This document shows, piece by piece, positions 10,218 through 20,225 of a stretch of 64,000 nt of DNA (positions are counted from its first letter, which is position 1; every line of letters starts with the position of its first letter). The stretch lies in assembly GCA_039801725.1 (NCBI GenBank), contig JBDRVE010000004.1, forward strand, positions 6,992 to 70,991. Reading direction: 5' to 3'. A program made the translations under genes and the position numbers. The notes beneath the pieces were generated by a model, which worked only from the letters and a program-made list of their open reading frames with translations, did not search any database and was not told where the DNA came from. The stretch comes from a candidate division WOR-3 bacterium (GTDB taxonomy: Bacteria; Hydrothermota; Tepidihabitantia; Tepidihabitantales; DTDR01).

Positions 10218-12254
10218 GTGATTTGCGATAAAGATACTCTTCATAATTTAGAATATCAGAAGGTTCTTAATTTAATTGCCGAATACTGTGAAACTTCTAT
10301 GGGGAGAGAACTGACTTTAAATCTTTCGCCTTTTTCAGAAATAGAAATAATCAAAAGAGAATTTTGTCATTTAGAATATTATCTTTCTTTAAAAGAAAAA
10401 CCTTCTTATAAACATTTTTTTAATCTGGCAGATTTTTTAAATGAAAAATTAAAAAAAGAACATTATTTTGATGGAAAAACTTTAGTTTTAATTAAAAATT
10501 TTTTAAAAGATGTAGAAAAACTGAAAAAGTATTTTCCCTTTAAAAATGCTCCTTTATCCTTTTCTTTTTATCTTAACAATTTAAAGGACTATCAACAATT
10601 AATTTCTTTAATTGAAGAAAAAATTGATGAAAATGGAGAAATCAAATATGAAGCTTCTCCAAAATTTTCCGAAATCTTTGAAGAAATAAAAAATTTACGA
10701 GAAAAAATTGTTAACAAACTAAAGAAAATAATTAAAGAAAAATCAAATTTTTTAACAATTAATAATTATACCTTATCAGGAGAAAGATACGTTTTGCCAA
10801 TAAAGGCTGATTCCATTGGCAAATTTCCCGGAATTATTCACGATTATTCCGAAACCGAAAAAACTGCTTTTTGTGAACCTATAGAAATTGTTGAAGAAAA
10901 TAATTTACTAATAAAAGCTAATTGCCAATTAGAGGAGGAAAAGAAAAAAATTTTAAAAAACCTTACTCAAGAAATAATCAAAATATATTCTGATATTAAG
11001 AAAACTTGTGAAACTATTGCCTATTTAGATTTTTTAAATGCTAAAGCAAAATTTGTTGAGGAGTATCGTTGCCAAAAAGTTGAATTTTCTAATAATTATG
11101 AATTTCAAATAAATGATGCTCGTCATCCACTTTTAGTGAAAATAAAGAAAGAGGTTGTTCCTCTTTCTTTTCAATTACCAGAGAATATAAAAATTCTTTT
11201 AATCTCTGGACCCAATGCTGGTGGTAAAACTGTAGTTTTAAAAACAATTGGCATAATTTCTCTTTTAGCCCAATCAGGAATATTTCCTCCGGTAGGAATA
11301 AATACCAAAATTCCGCTTTTTAAAAAAATTTTTGCGGATATTGGCGACGAACAATCATTAGAAAAAGGCGTCTCTTCATTCCATGCTCATATTACAAAAG
11401 TAAAAAATTTTCTTGAAAAAGCAGATGAAAACTCCTTAATTTTATTGGATGAATTAGGAAGAGATACAGCCCCGGAGGAAGGTGATGCGTTAGCGATGGC
11501 AATATTAGAAGAATTATCCCGAAGAAATGTTTTTGTTTTTGTTACTACTCATTCATTCCGATTGAAAATTTTTGCCCATAATTCATTAAATTTTTTAAAC
11601 GCAGCTATGGAATATAAAGAAAAACCTACTTACCGTCTCATCATCGGAATACCAGGAGAATCTAGCGCTTTAAAAATTGCCCAAACCGTTGGAATAAAAA
11701 AAGAAATTATTGAAAGAGCTAGCCGATATTTAAAATCTGATTTTTTCATATTGAAAACAAAATTAGAAGAATTAAGTAAAAAAAGTGCGGAATATGAACA
11801 AAAAATAAAAGAGTTAAAAAAGAAAGAAGAAAGAGTTGAAGAATTAATTAAAGAATACGAAAGAAAAAATAAGGAATTAGAAATAATTTCTAAAGATTAT
11901 ATTAAAAAATTTTTGAAAGAAAAAGAAAAATTTTTTTTGAATGCTCGCAAAGAAATTGAAAATTTTATAAAAAAAATTAAAATTGAAGAAAAAGAAACAA
12001 TAAAAGAAGCGAAAAAATTTGTTGAAACTAGTTTATCAGAAATTCAAGAGGAAAAGAAGCTTTTTTTATCTCCTTTAGAGGATCAAGAGTTAAAAGTAGG
12101 TACCAAAGTGTATATTGAAAAATTGAAACAAGTTGGTAAAATTATTGAAATTAAAGATAATCTATTAAAAGTTATAGCCGAAAAATTTGTATTCATTGTA
12201 CCTAAAACCGAAATAAAATTGGTAGAGGAAGATGTCCAAAAGAGAGATTGTTGA
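10218..12254 (+). CDS. mutS2: Endonuclease MutS2 (MutS domain III-V ATPase). Apparently lacks the C-terminal Smr domain.
   Basis: Walker A GPNAGGKT and MutS2-like N-terminus (LEYQKVLNLIAEYCETSMGRE). The ORF-track start at 10137 lies inside rpsU. The real start is probably GTG at 10218, 1 nt after the rpsU stop. The protein ends after a KOW-like segment with no Smr. Confidence 0.75.
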   Translation: MICDKDTLHNLEYQKVLNLIAEYCETSMGRELTLNLSPFSEIEIIKREFCHLEYYLSLKEKPSYKHFFNLADFLNEKLKKEHYFDGKTLVLIKNFLKDVEKLKKYFPFKNAPLSFSFYLNNLKDYQQLISLIEEKIDENGEIKYEASPKFSEIFEEIKNLREKIVNKLKKIIKEKSNFLTINNYTLSGERYVLPIKADSIGKFPGIIHDYSETEKTAFCEPIEIVEENNLLIKANCQLEEEKKKILKNLTQEIIKIYSDIKKTCETIAYLDFLNAKAKFVEEYRCQKVEFSNNYEFQINDARHPLLVKIKKEVVPLSFQLPENIKILLISGPNAGGKTVVLKTIGIISLLAQSGIFPPVGINTKIPLFKKIFADIGDEQSLEKGVSSFHAHITKVKNFLEKADENSLILLDELGRDTAPEEGDALAMAILEELSRRNVFVFVTTHSFRLKIFAHNSLNFLNAAMEYKEKPTYRLIIGIPGESSALKIAQTVGIKKEIIERASRYLKSDFFILKTKLEELSKKSAEYEQKIKELKKKEERVEELIKEYERKNKELEIISKDYIKKFLKEKEKFFLNARKEIENFIKKIKIEEKETIKEAKKFVETSLSEIQEEKKLFLSPLEDQELKVGTKVYIEKLKQVGKIIEIKDNLLKVIAEKFVFIVPKTEIKLVEEDVQKRDC

Positions 12255-13899
12255 AAAAATTTTAGAAAATTGTGACATCGTTGAATTAATAAGCTCCTAT
12301 CTTCCTTTAAAGAAAGTTGGGCGATATTATCGAGCATTATGTCCTTTCCATAATGATACTAAACCATCTTTTTATATAAATCCTTCCCAACAATTATTTC
12401 ATTGTTTTGGTTGCAAGGAGAGCGGCAACGTTCTCCATTTTGTGATGAAATATGAAAAAATAGAATTTTCGGAAGCAGTAAAGTTTTTAGCTGAAAAATT
12501 AGGAATAAGTATCTTTGAAGAAGAAAAAAAAGATACGAAACAAAAAGAAATTTACGAAATTCTTAACTTAGCGAGTAATTTTTATCAAGAACAGCTTTTC
12601 ACTCACTCTTTGGCTCTTAATTATGTTATAGAACAAAGAAAGTTATCTTTAGAAACCATCAAAAAATTTCAATTAGGTTATGCTCCTATGGGCAATCTAT
12701 TGATTAGAGTGCTTCAAAAAAAAGGTTATCCAGAAGAATTATTACTCGAAAGTGGAATAGCCTACCGAAAAGAAGGCGAACTCCGCGAATGGTTGTCAAA
12801 CCGTATCGTATTCCCTATTTTTAATCATCAAGGAAGGATTGTAGGTTTTGGGGGTCGGGCATTAGACGAGAAAACTGAACCAAAATACCTTAATTCGCCA
12901 GAAACGTTAATCTTTAAAAAGGGAGAAAATCTTTACGGCCTTTATCAAACTAAAGAATTTTTAACTAAGAATCAACCAATTTTAGTAGAAGGTTATTTTG
13001 ATTTACTATCTCTTTTCGATAAAGGAATTAAAAATTTGGTAGCGCCTTTAGGTACTGGTTTTACAATTGATCAAGCGAGATTATTAAAAAAATATAATGA
13101 AGAAATAATTATTTTATTCGATGGTGATAATGCTGGTCGAGAAGCCACCAAGAGAGCAATTGAAATTTCTTTAAAAACCGGCCTCAATCCCTTGGTGGCT
13201 TTTATTCCCGAAGGTTATGATCCCGATAAGTACATTAATGAAAAAGGATTAGAAGAATTTGAAAAGATAATCAAAAAACCTTATGATTTGATCGATTTTT
13301 ATCTGAAAATCTTAAACCCCCAAACAATTTCCGAAAAAAGAAAAGTTTTAAAACAACTTTTAGAAGTAATAAATTTTACTTGCGATTCGATGCTAAAAGA
13401 GCTATATTTAAATAAAATAAGTGAAATTTTTAATTACAAGAAAGTGGATTTAGGTATTAAAGAAATAAAGAGTACTTTTCTTTTTAAATATGAAGAGATT
13501 TCTAATCTTTTAAGAGATTTAAAAAATCAAATTATAAATGTGTTAATTAATTACCCTCAATATTTATGGATTGTGGAAAACGAATATGCCAAGGAAGATT
13601 TTCCTGAAGAAGTTCAAGAAATTATCAAGATAATTAAAAATTTTAATAACCAAGAAAAAATGTCTATTGGTTTAATCTTTGATGAAATTAAAAATCCAGA
13701 GCTTAAAAAAAGACTCACATTGATTTCCTTCTTACCTCCGGAATTAATCATCGGTATAAAAGAAAAAGATTTTAAAGATTTAGTAAGTAAGTATCTTTAT
13801 CATTATTATTTAGAAAAATGTGCACGGGGAGAAACTGACGAAAGAATTTTGAAAAAAATTTATGAAATTAAAAAAAAATTAATCAAAGGAGAAAAATGA
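12232..13899 (+). CDS. dnaG: DNA primase DnaG.
   Basis: Zinc finger [11 protein letters not shown]...CFGC and a TOPRIM region (EGYFD, DGDNAG). 555 aa. Confidence 0.9.
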   Translation: MSKREIVEKILENCDIVELISSYLPLKKVGRYYRALCPFHNDTKPSFYINPSQQLFHCFGCKESGNVLHFVMKYEKIEFSEAVKFLAEKLGISIFEEEKKDTKQKEIYEILNLASNFYQEQLFTHSLALNYVIEQRKLSLETIKKFQLGYAPMGNLLIRVLQKKGYPEELLLESGIAYRKEGELREWLSNRIVFPIFNHQGRIVGFGGRALDEKTEPKYLNSPETLIFKKGENLYGLYQTKEFLTKNQPILVEGYFDLLSLFDKGIKNLVAPLGTGFTIDQARLLKKYNEEIIILFDGDNAGREATKRAIEISLKTGLNPLVAFIPEGYDPDKYINEKGLEEFEKIIKKPYDLIDFYLKILNPQTISEKRKVLKQLLEVINFTCDSMLKELYLNKISEIFNYKKVDLGIKEIKSTFLFKYEEISNLLRDLKNQIINVLINYPQYLWIVENEYAKEDFPEEVQEIIKIIKNFNNQEKMSIGLIFDEIKNPELKKRLTLISFLPPELIIGIKEKDFKDLVSKYLYHYYLEKCARGETDERILKKIYEIKKKLIKGEK

Positions 13900-15485
13900 A
13901 CGCTAGCAAAAACAAAAAGGCTCTTTTAGAAAAATTTTACAATGAAATTTTAAAGTATAAAAATAAAAAATTAACGTACGACCAATTGAATATGCTACTT
14001 CCGGAAGAATTAAATACTGCCGAAGAAGTGGAGGAAATTTTATTAAACCTTAATAAAATGGGTATCGAAATTATCGAAGAGGAAACTCCGGAGATCGCGT
14101 TAAGAAAACCCAAAAAAGTAACTATTGAACCTTTCGAAAGCGCTACTAAATTTTATTTTCGTGATTTATCAAAATTACCTCTCCTAACTAAAGAAGAAGA
14201 AATTAAATATTCAAAAATGATGGAAGAAGGTTATCGGGAAATTACTTTCTATTTATTTAACAGTTTGCCTCTGGTGGAAAGATTAATAGAACTTTGTGAA
14301 TTGGTAGAAAAGGGAGAAAAAGAATTGGAACAAATTGTGCGAGTAGAATATGAATATCTTATCAATCGCCGAGCAATGTCTCACAAAAAACAACAATTTA
14401 TTCGTCGGATAAAAACTTTAAAAAAATTAATTAATGTTCTTAGAGAGCTTTATGAAAAAAAACCTACACCTGCGGTATTAAAGAAAATACAAGAGAAAAA
14501 GAAAAGCATCTTAAGAAGAATTCAAAATTTAAGTTTACAACATTCTGTCATCAATGAATTTGTTGAAGAGTTTCGTCTCAAGATGAATGAAATGGAAACT
14601 GTTATGAATCAATTGAAGGTTACCAAAGATAAAAATGAAATTAAAAATCTTAAAGAAAAGTTAAAAGAATACGAAGATTTTTTTAATCAAAATTATGAAA
14701 AGGTAGTCGAAACATGGCAAAATATTGAAAAGTGTCAAAATAAAATTCTTTTTGCTCGCGATAAAATGATAAATGGCAATGTTCGTTTAGTTGTTTCTAT
14801 TGCTAAAAAATATGCTAATCGCGGTTTAGAATTTTCCGATTTAGTGGAAGAAGGAAATGTAGGTTTAATAAAGGCAGTTGAAAAATTTAATTATAAAAAG
14901 GGATATAAATTTTCTACCTATGCTACCTGGTGGATAAAACAAGCGATTACTCGAGCTTTGGCAGAACAATCTAAAACAGTTAGAATTCCATCTCATATTC
15001 AAGATGCGATTAACAAAATTACTCACGCTCGCCAAAAATTTTTACAAAAATTTGGCCGAGAACCCACGGATAGTGAAATCGCTCAACGATTAGGAATAAG
15101 CAAAGAAAAGATTGAACGATACCAAAAAATTGTTCAGCATGGCGTTTCTTTAGATAAACCAATAGATGACGAAGAATCTGGTTTCATCGGTGACTTTATA
15201 GCAGACGAAAAAACTACTTCTCCAGCAAGAAAAGCTGGTATTTCTCTGTTAAACGAAAAATTAGAAAAAATACTACAAACCTATTTATCAAAAAGAGAAG
15301 AAAAAATTTTAAAACTCCGCTTTGGCATTGGTGACGGTATTCAAAAAACTTTGGAAGAGGTTGGCCAAATCTTTAATATTACGCGTGAAAGAGTGAGACA
15401 GATTGAAGCTAAGGCCTTAAAAAAATTACGCCATCCAGCAATTTTAAAAGAATTTTCTTTTTTGAAAGAACTACTAGAAAAATAA
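13896..15485 (+). CDS. rpoD: RNA polymerase sigma factor RpoD (sigma-70).
   Basis: Region 2 ([27 protein letters not shown]), region 3 and region 4.2 ([21 protein letters not shown]). ATGA overlap with dnaG. Confidence 0.95.
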   Translation: MNASKNKKALLEKFYNEILKYKNKKLTYDQLNMLLPEELNTAEEVEEILLNLNKMGIEIIEEETPEIALRKPKKVTIEPFESATKFYFRDLSKLPLLTKEEEIKYSKMMEEGYREITFYLFNSLPLVERLIELCELVEKGEKELEQIVRVEYEYLINRRAMSHKKQQFIRRIKTLKKLINVLRELYEKKPTPAVLKKIQEKKKSILRRIQNLSLQHSVINEFVEEFRLKMNEMETVMNQLKVTKDKNEIKNLKEKLKEYEDFFNQNYEKVVETWQNIEKCQNKILFARDKMINGNVRLVVSIAKKYANRGLEFSDLVEEGNVGLIKAVEKFNYKKGYKFSTYATWWIKQAITRALAEQSKTVRIPSHIQDAINKITHARQKFLQKFGREPTDSEIAQRLGISKEKIERYQKIVQHGVSLDKPIDDEESGFIGDFIADEKTTSPARKAGISLLNEKLEKILQTYLSKREEKILKLRFGIGDGIQKTLEEVGQIFNITRERVRQIEAKALKKLRHPAILKEFSFLKELLEK

Positions 15486-15791
15486 ATGAAAAAAACGGAA
15501 AAATTAACTTCCCTAAAGGAAATTTTACCCGAAGTTCTTAGAAAACTAGGACTGTGGGAAAAATTGATAGAAAAAGAAGTGGTATTTAAATGGAAAGAGA
15601 TTGTTGGCGAAAATTTTTATCCTCGAATAAAACCTATTGATGTCAAAGATAATATCCTTTACCTCCAAACTCCTTCGGCTGAATGGAAAACAGAATTAAA
15701 TTACCTTAAAGAAGAGTTAATTAATAAAATTAATGAAAAAATGGGGTTTAAAATAATAAAGGATATAAAAATTTTAATTCGTCATAAATAA
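15486..15791 (+). CDS. DUF721 (DciA-like) family protein.
   Basis: Pattern VLRKLGL..W.EIVGE...P..V.D..L.L...S..W..EL..LK..L...IN...G match the DUF721 consensus from memory. Start is 1 nt after the rpoD stop. Confidence 0.5.
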   Translation: MKKTEKLTSLKEILPEVLRKLGLWEKLIEKEVVFKWKEIVGENFYPRIKPIDVKDNILYLQTPSAEWKTELNYLKEELINKINEKMGFKIIKDIKILIRHK

Positions 15792-15799
15792 TTTTTAAA

Positions 15800-17130
15800 T
15801 TTTGGATTATCTTCTGTTTAATTTCTAATTTTGTTATCCTAAAAATCAAAAAATAACAATTAATTAAGTCATTGTTTTTTAGTAAAAATTTTTTAAGAAT
15901 TTTATCTTTAAAATAATTTATCGCTATTCGTGTAATTGGTTAAAACATCGTTACTAGCCATAAAGTGACAATAATCAGGAGCATAATAATCTAAAATAAT
16001 AACCGGAAAAATTAGCAAAATTTTCATTTAGATGAGTTAATCCTAAAGATTTAAGCTTTTCTAATGGAGTTAAATTATTAATACAATAGCCAAAAATGGG
16101 GTCTTTTGGTATTATAATATATCTGCCATTTCTGTGTTTCTTTAAGAAAATGGGAGCAATTTTTAAAAGTTGGTATCAAAGGAATATAAAATTCTTCGTC
16201 ATCGGTTTTATGCGACCTTTCTACCCTTCCTTGATATCCTTTCCTTCCTTTTGGTGCCTTTCCTAAAACAGCACCATAAATTTTATACCGCCTCTCATTA
16301 ATTAATCTCAATTTATGAGGATCATCACCGCCAAATTCCTTACCCCAATCCTCCTGCCAAAATACTTCTTTATCTATTCCCCAACATCTTAGCCACATCA
16401 TTACCAACCCAACAAAAAGAAAGCCGTTCTCCTGATTTAAATTATAACTATTAGGAAATAAATCTAAATCTGGAAATACTTTCACAAAATTTCCATTGGT
16501 ATATTGGTAGTTTAAGAAGAGAAAATATTCGGCATAATTCAGTTCCTAATGTTCCCTTATCCAAAATATCTTTGGTATCTACTTGAACATAGGTAAAAGG
16601 TTTTTTCATTTCATAACTCCAAGATGCTGAATAAAATCTTTTTCTTTCTTTTCTTTTTTCTTTCTCCTATTTTACCCGAAAGACATTTCTTTACTCTCCA
16701 TTCGTTTAAATTAAGTTTCAAAGCAATCCTTTTTTCCCAATTAGTTTTCTTATATAATTCCAGTATTTTCTCTTGGATTTCTTTAGGAATTCTTTTAGGT
16801 GAATTATGTGGCTTTCTTGTGAGTTCTTTAAGACTATCTTCTCCTTTTTCTTTGTATCTTTTTTATCCATTTTCTTAGGGTATTTCAGGAGACTCTGTAT
16901 TTTCTACTGATTTGGCTTATATTTTTACCTTTGTTGTATTCTTCTATCATTTTTACTTTTTACTTTTGTATGGAACCATAGGCGTCCCTTTTTAATTTCT
17001 TTATTTTCTTAATTCTTCTTGGGACGCCTATTATTTTAAGAAACTTATTGAATAATTTCAACACATCTTCTACCTCAATACCCTTATTAACCTGGTAACC
17101 ATGTCTTACCACAATTACTTTTTTGATCAT
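15800..17130 (-). mobile_element. Degenerate insertion sequence (IS481-like). Boundaries are approximate.
   Basis: Non-coding AT-rich flanks surround the transposase pseudogene. Terminal inverted repeats could not be identified by eye. Confidence 0.4.
16078..17120 (-). pseudogene. IS481-family (rve/DDE integrase) transposase, multiply frameshifted or stop-interrupted remnant.
   Basis: On the minus strand: an N-terminal HTH piece (MIKKVIVVRHGYQ..., EEYNKGKNISQISRKYRVS); an RPH-like segment (KELTRKPHNSPKRIPKEIQEKILELYKK) in another frame; and a DDE core (TYVQVDTKDI... then GRVERSHKTDDEEF...YNTKRPH) in two further frames. The plus-strand ORF 16624..16878 is antisense to it and judged spurious. 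Confidence 0.6.
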
Positions 17131-17158
17131 TGACTTATAAAAATTTTTGGGTTATAAT
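17130..17158 (+). promoter_or_regulatory. Sigma70-type promoter for the pilT paralog.
   Basis: TTGACT (17130-17135), 17-nt spacer, TATAAT (17153-17158), 36 nt upstream of the ATG. It abuts the 5' end of the IS transposase ORF on the opposite strand. Confidence 0.45.
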
Positions 17159-17194
17159 TAAGATAGTAAGTAAAAATATTTAGTAAAAATAATT

Positions 17195-18310
17195 ATGAAA
17201 GTAGAAAATGTAGAAGAATATTTTAACAAATTATTAATGGAATGTGTCCGAAGAAAAGCTTCTGATCTTCACCTCACAGTAGGACGACCTCCGACTTTAA
17301 GAATTGATGGTAAACTTTATCCTATTGAAGGAGAACCGGTTTTAACTCCGGAAATGACCGAAAAATTTAAAGATATTGCTGCTCAGCATGCTAAACATTT
17401 GAGAGCACAAATTAATGACGGGGGTGGTGGTGACTTTGGTTTAGATTTTGGTGAACACGGTAGATTTCGTGTGGCAATTTATAAACAGAAAGGATTTTTT
17501 GGTCTTGCTCTTCGTTTAATTCCTAAACATATTATGAGTTTTGAAGAAATTGGCTTTCTTCCCCATCTCGTTCCTAAAATTAAAGCGTTATTAGATCGGC
17601 CTCACGGTCTGATATTAGTAACTGGACCTACCGGTTCAGGAAAATCAACCACTCAAGCGTGTTTCATTGATTATATTTTAAATTCTCCTCGCCATGTTTT
17701 AACGATTGAAGACCCAATAGAATTTGTTCATGACCATAAAGCAGGAATTATTACCCAAAGAGAAGTGGGTGTGGATGTTTCTTCTTTCCGTGAGGCAATA
17801 ATGAAAGGATTACGATCCAACCCTAATGTAATTCTGGTAGGTGAGATTAGAGATTTAGCAACTGCTGAAGCTACTGTTTGGGCCGCTGAATCGGGACATT
17901 TGGTAATTGGAACTTTGCATACCACTAATGCTACCGAAACGGTAACGCGGTTTATCGATATCTTCCCGCCAGAAATCCGTGATCAAATTAGAATACAATT
18001 CTCAATTTCTTTATTAGCAGTATTTTCTCAAAGATTACTTTTAAGAGCAGAAGGAAAAGGAAGAATTGCTTGCTTTGAAATAATGATGGCAACACCGGCA
18101 GTTAGGAATTTAATCAGAGAAAAGAAAATCGAACATCTTCCTTCAGCAATTCAAACAGCTTCGGCTGAAGGAAGTATTACTTTTGATGCTTATCTTGCCG
18201 AACTTTACAAAATGGGAAAAATTACTTACGAAACAGCAATGCAGAATGCCTTTGACCCCAAAGCCCTCAGAGAATTAATCGAATACGGCAGTAGAAGGCA
18301 TCGTTCATAA
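17195..18310 (+). CDS. pilT: Type IV pilus retraction ATPase, PilT/PilU family.
   Basis: Walker A GPTGSGKST, Asp box, His box and AIRNLIRE. 371 aa. Has a Gly-rich insertion (DGGGGDFGLDFGEHG). Confidence 0.8.
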   Translation: MKVENVEEYFNKLLMECVRRKASDLHLTVGRPPTLRIDGKLYPIEGEPVLTPEMTEKFKDIAAQHAKHLRAQINDGGGGDFGLDFGEHGRFRVAIYKQKGFFGLALRLIPKHIMSFEEIGFLPHLVPKIKALLDRPHGLILVTGPTGSGKSTTQACFIDYILNSPRHVLTIEDPIEFVHDHKAGIITQREVGVDVSSFREAIMKGLRSNPNVILVGEIRDLATAEATVWAAESGHLVIGTLHTTNATETVTRFIDIFPPEIRDQIRIQFSISLLAVFSQRLLLRAEGKGRIACFEIMMATPAVRNLIREKKIEHLPSAIQTASAEGSITFDAYLAELYKMGKITYETAMQNAFDPKALRELIEYGSRRHRS

Positions 18311-18343
18311 ATATTTAAAGCAAAAAACAGAGTATCAGAATAT

Positions 18344-19744
18344 ATGATAAGAAAAAAAGAGATTTTATTTATTTATATCTTACTTTTTTGTTGTCAAAAG
18401 AAAGGTGTTTTTTTAAAAAATACGGAAAACTGGTTAAGTTATTATTTAAATGAGACAAAGATTGGTTACTCTTTACTAAAAATCAATAGAGGTGATACTT
18501 TAATAAAATTTTATAATAGAATCAAATTAAAATTAAAAGTAGGAAATCAATTAAAAGAAGTCATTGCAAATACTTCTTTTATCACTAATTTCAAATTAAA
18601 TTTAAAAATCATTGAATCTGAACAAATTTCTGGCAAGAATATTTTAAAAATAAATGGCAAAGTTAAAAAAGATACCCTTTATTATCTTATGCAAACTGGT
18701 TCAGAAGTTATAAAACATTATTTAACCCTTCCTCCCAATACTTATCCGATTAGTGTGTTGCCTTATTTAATCATTACACAAAATCTAAAAAATTGGAAAG
18801 GAAATATTTTAGATTTTACTCTCTTTTCTATTTTACCAGCGGAAATAAAATTTCAAAGAAAAGATACTGTGATTATAAATGATACAATCTATTCTTCATT
18901 TGTTTATGAAATTGAAATGGCCAATGTGAAATCTTTTTATTATTTAGATTCCCTAGGGAATTTATTAAAAGAAGTCTCTCCTGGAGGAATTATTGGTATC
19001 AAGGAATCACCACAAAAAGCAATGGCTGAATGGAATAAAGATTTTTTAGATATTCTTTCTTTCTTTTCTATTCCGATTGATACCTTTCTACCTGAACCGA
19101 ATAAAATTAAATCTTTAAAATTAGAAATTCAAGGAATTGATTCTTTTGAATATTTAGATTTAGATCTTCCTAATCAAAAGATAATCAGTAAAAAACCATT
19201 AATAATTAAAATTACAAAACCAAAATTAGAAGAAATTAAACAGTTAAAAATCTCCGAAAAAGAAAAAATTTATCTTGAACCCACACCGATAATTCAATCT
19301 ACCCATCCTCTTATCAAAAAGAAAGCAATAGAGATTACTCAAAATCTTTCTGAACCAAAAGCCCAAGCAGAAAGAATTCTATTTTGGGTTTTCCACAACC
19401 TTAAAAAGAAAGCAACTACATCTTATCCTTCGGCAATTGAAATTTTAAAAAATTTAGAAGGGGACTGTAACGAGCATGCTACTTTATATGCTGCCCTTTG
19501 TCGAAGCCTAGGAATTCCCACGAGAGTAGTAGTGGGATTAGTTTACGCTGGTAATGGTTTTTATTATCATGCGTGGAATCAAGTTTTTCTTAATGAATGG
19601 ATTTCTTGCGATCCCACCTTCGGCGAATTTCCTGCCTCTTCGGCTCACTTAATTTTAAAAGTGGGCGATGTGGAAGAACAAGTAAAAGTCCTAAATATTG
19701 TTGGTAATATTAAAGTAAAAATTTTATCTTTTGAGTATGAATAA
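18344..19744 (+). CDS. Transglutaminase-like cysteine-protease superfamily protein with an N-terminal domain of unknown function (secreted or membrane).
   Basis: C-terminal core GDCNEHATLYAALCRSLGIPTRVVVG...YHAWNQV carries the Cys-His-Asp transglutaminase-like triad. Hydrophobic N-terminus. Confidence 0.7.
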   Translation: MIRKKEILFIYILLFCCQKKGVFLKNTENWLSYYLNETKIGYSLLKINRGDTLIKFYNRIKLKLKVGNQLKEVIANTSFITNFKLNLKIIESEQISGKNILKINGKVKKDTLYYLMQTGSEVIKHYLTLPPNTYPISVLPYLIITQNLKNWKGNILDFTLFSILPAEIKFQRKDTVIINDTIYSSFVYEIEMANVKSFYYLDSLGNLLKEVSPGGIIGIKESPQKAMAEWNKDFLDILSFFSIPIDTFLPEPNKIKSLKLEIQGIDSFEYLDLDLPNQKIISKKPLIIKITKPKLEEIKQLKISEKEKIYLEPTPIIQSTHPLIKKKAIEITQNLSEPKAQAERILFWVFHNLKKKATTSYPSAIEILKNLEGDCNEHATLYAALCRSLGIPTRVVVGLVYAGNGFYYHAWNQVFLNEWISCDPTFGEFPASSAHLILKVGDVEEQVKVLNIVGNIKVKILSFEYE

Positions 19745-20222
19745 ATGCCTGTTAGGAATAATTTCTGATACCCACGATCACATAGAAAAAGTAAAAAGAG
19801 CGATAGAAATATTTAACCAACATAACTTAATCGGTGTAATTCATTGTGGCGATTTTGTTGCACCTTTCACTTTAAAAGAATTTGGCAATCTTCAGGCTAA
19901 ATTTTATGCTGTTTTTGGAAATTGTGATGGAGAAAAAGATGGCTTATTAAAAGTAGCAAAAGAAAATAACTTTTTGCTTACCGAAGCACCTTTAGAATTA
20001 TTTTTAAATGGCAAAAAGTTCCTTGTTTTTCACAAATTAAAGAAAGAAGATGTAAAAAATACTGATTATGTGATCTACGGACACACCCATCGATACGAAA
20101 TTAAAAAAGAAGATGACATACTTTATGTGAATCCCGGTGAAGCCTGTGGTCTCTTAACTGGCAAAGCAACAATCGCTATACTTGATACTAAAGAAAATAA
20201 AATTGATATCTTAGAAATTTAG
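19731..20222 (+). CDS. Metallophosphoesterase, YfcE/MJ0936 family.
   Basis: GIISDTHD, HCGDF, GNCDGE and GHTH motifs. 163 aa. Confidence 0.8.
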   Translation: MSMNKCLLGIISDTHDHIEKVKRAIEIFNQHNLIGVIHCGDFVAPFTLKEFGNLQAKFYAVFGNCDGEKDGLLKVAKENNFLLTEAPLELFLNGKKFLVFHKLKKEDVKNTDYVIYGHTHRYEIKKEDDILYVNPGEACGLLTGKATIAILDTKENKIDILEI

Positions 20223-20225
20223 AAT

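Noticed and set aside
16624-16878. 84-aa plus-strand ORF (MLNKIFFFLFFF...).
   Set aside because: Low-complexity. It is antisense to the recognisable IS481-like transposase remnant and has no ribosome-binding site or promoter.
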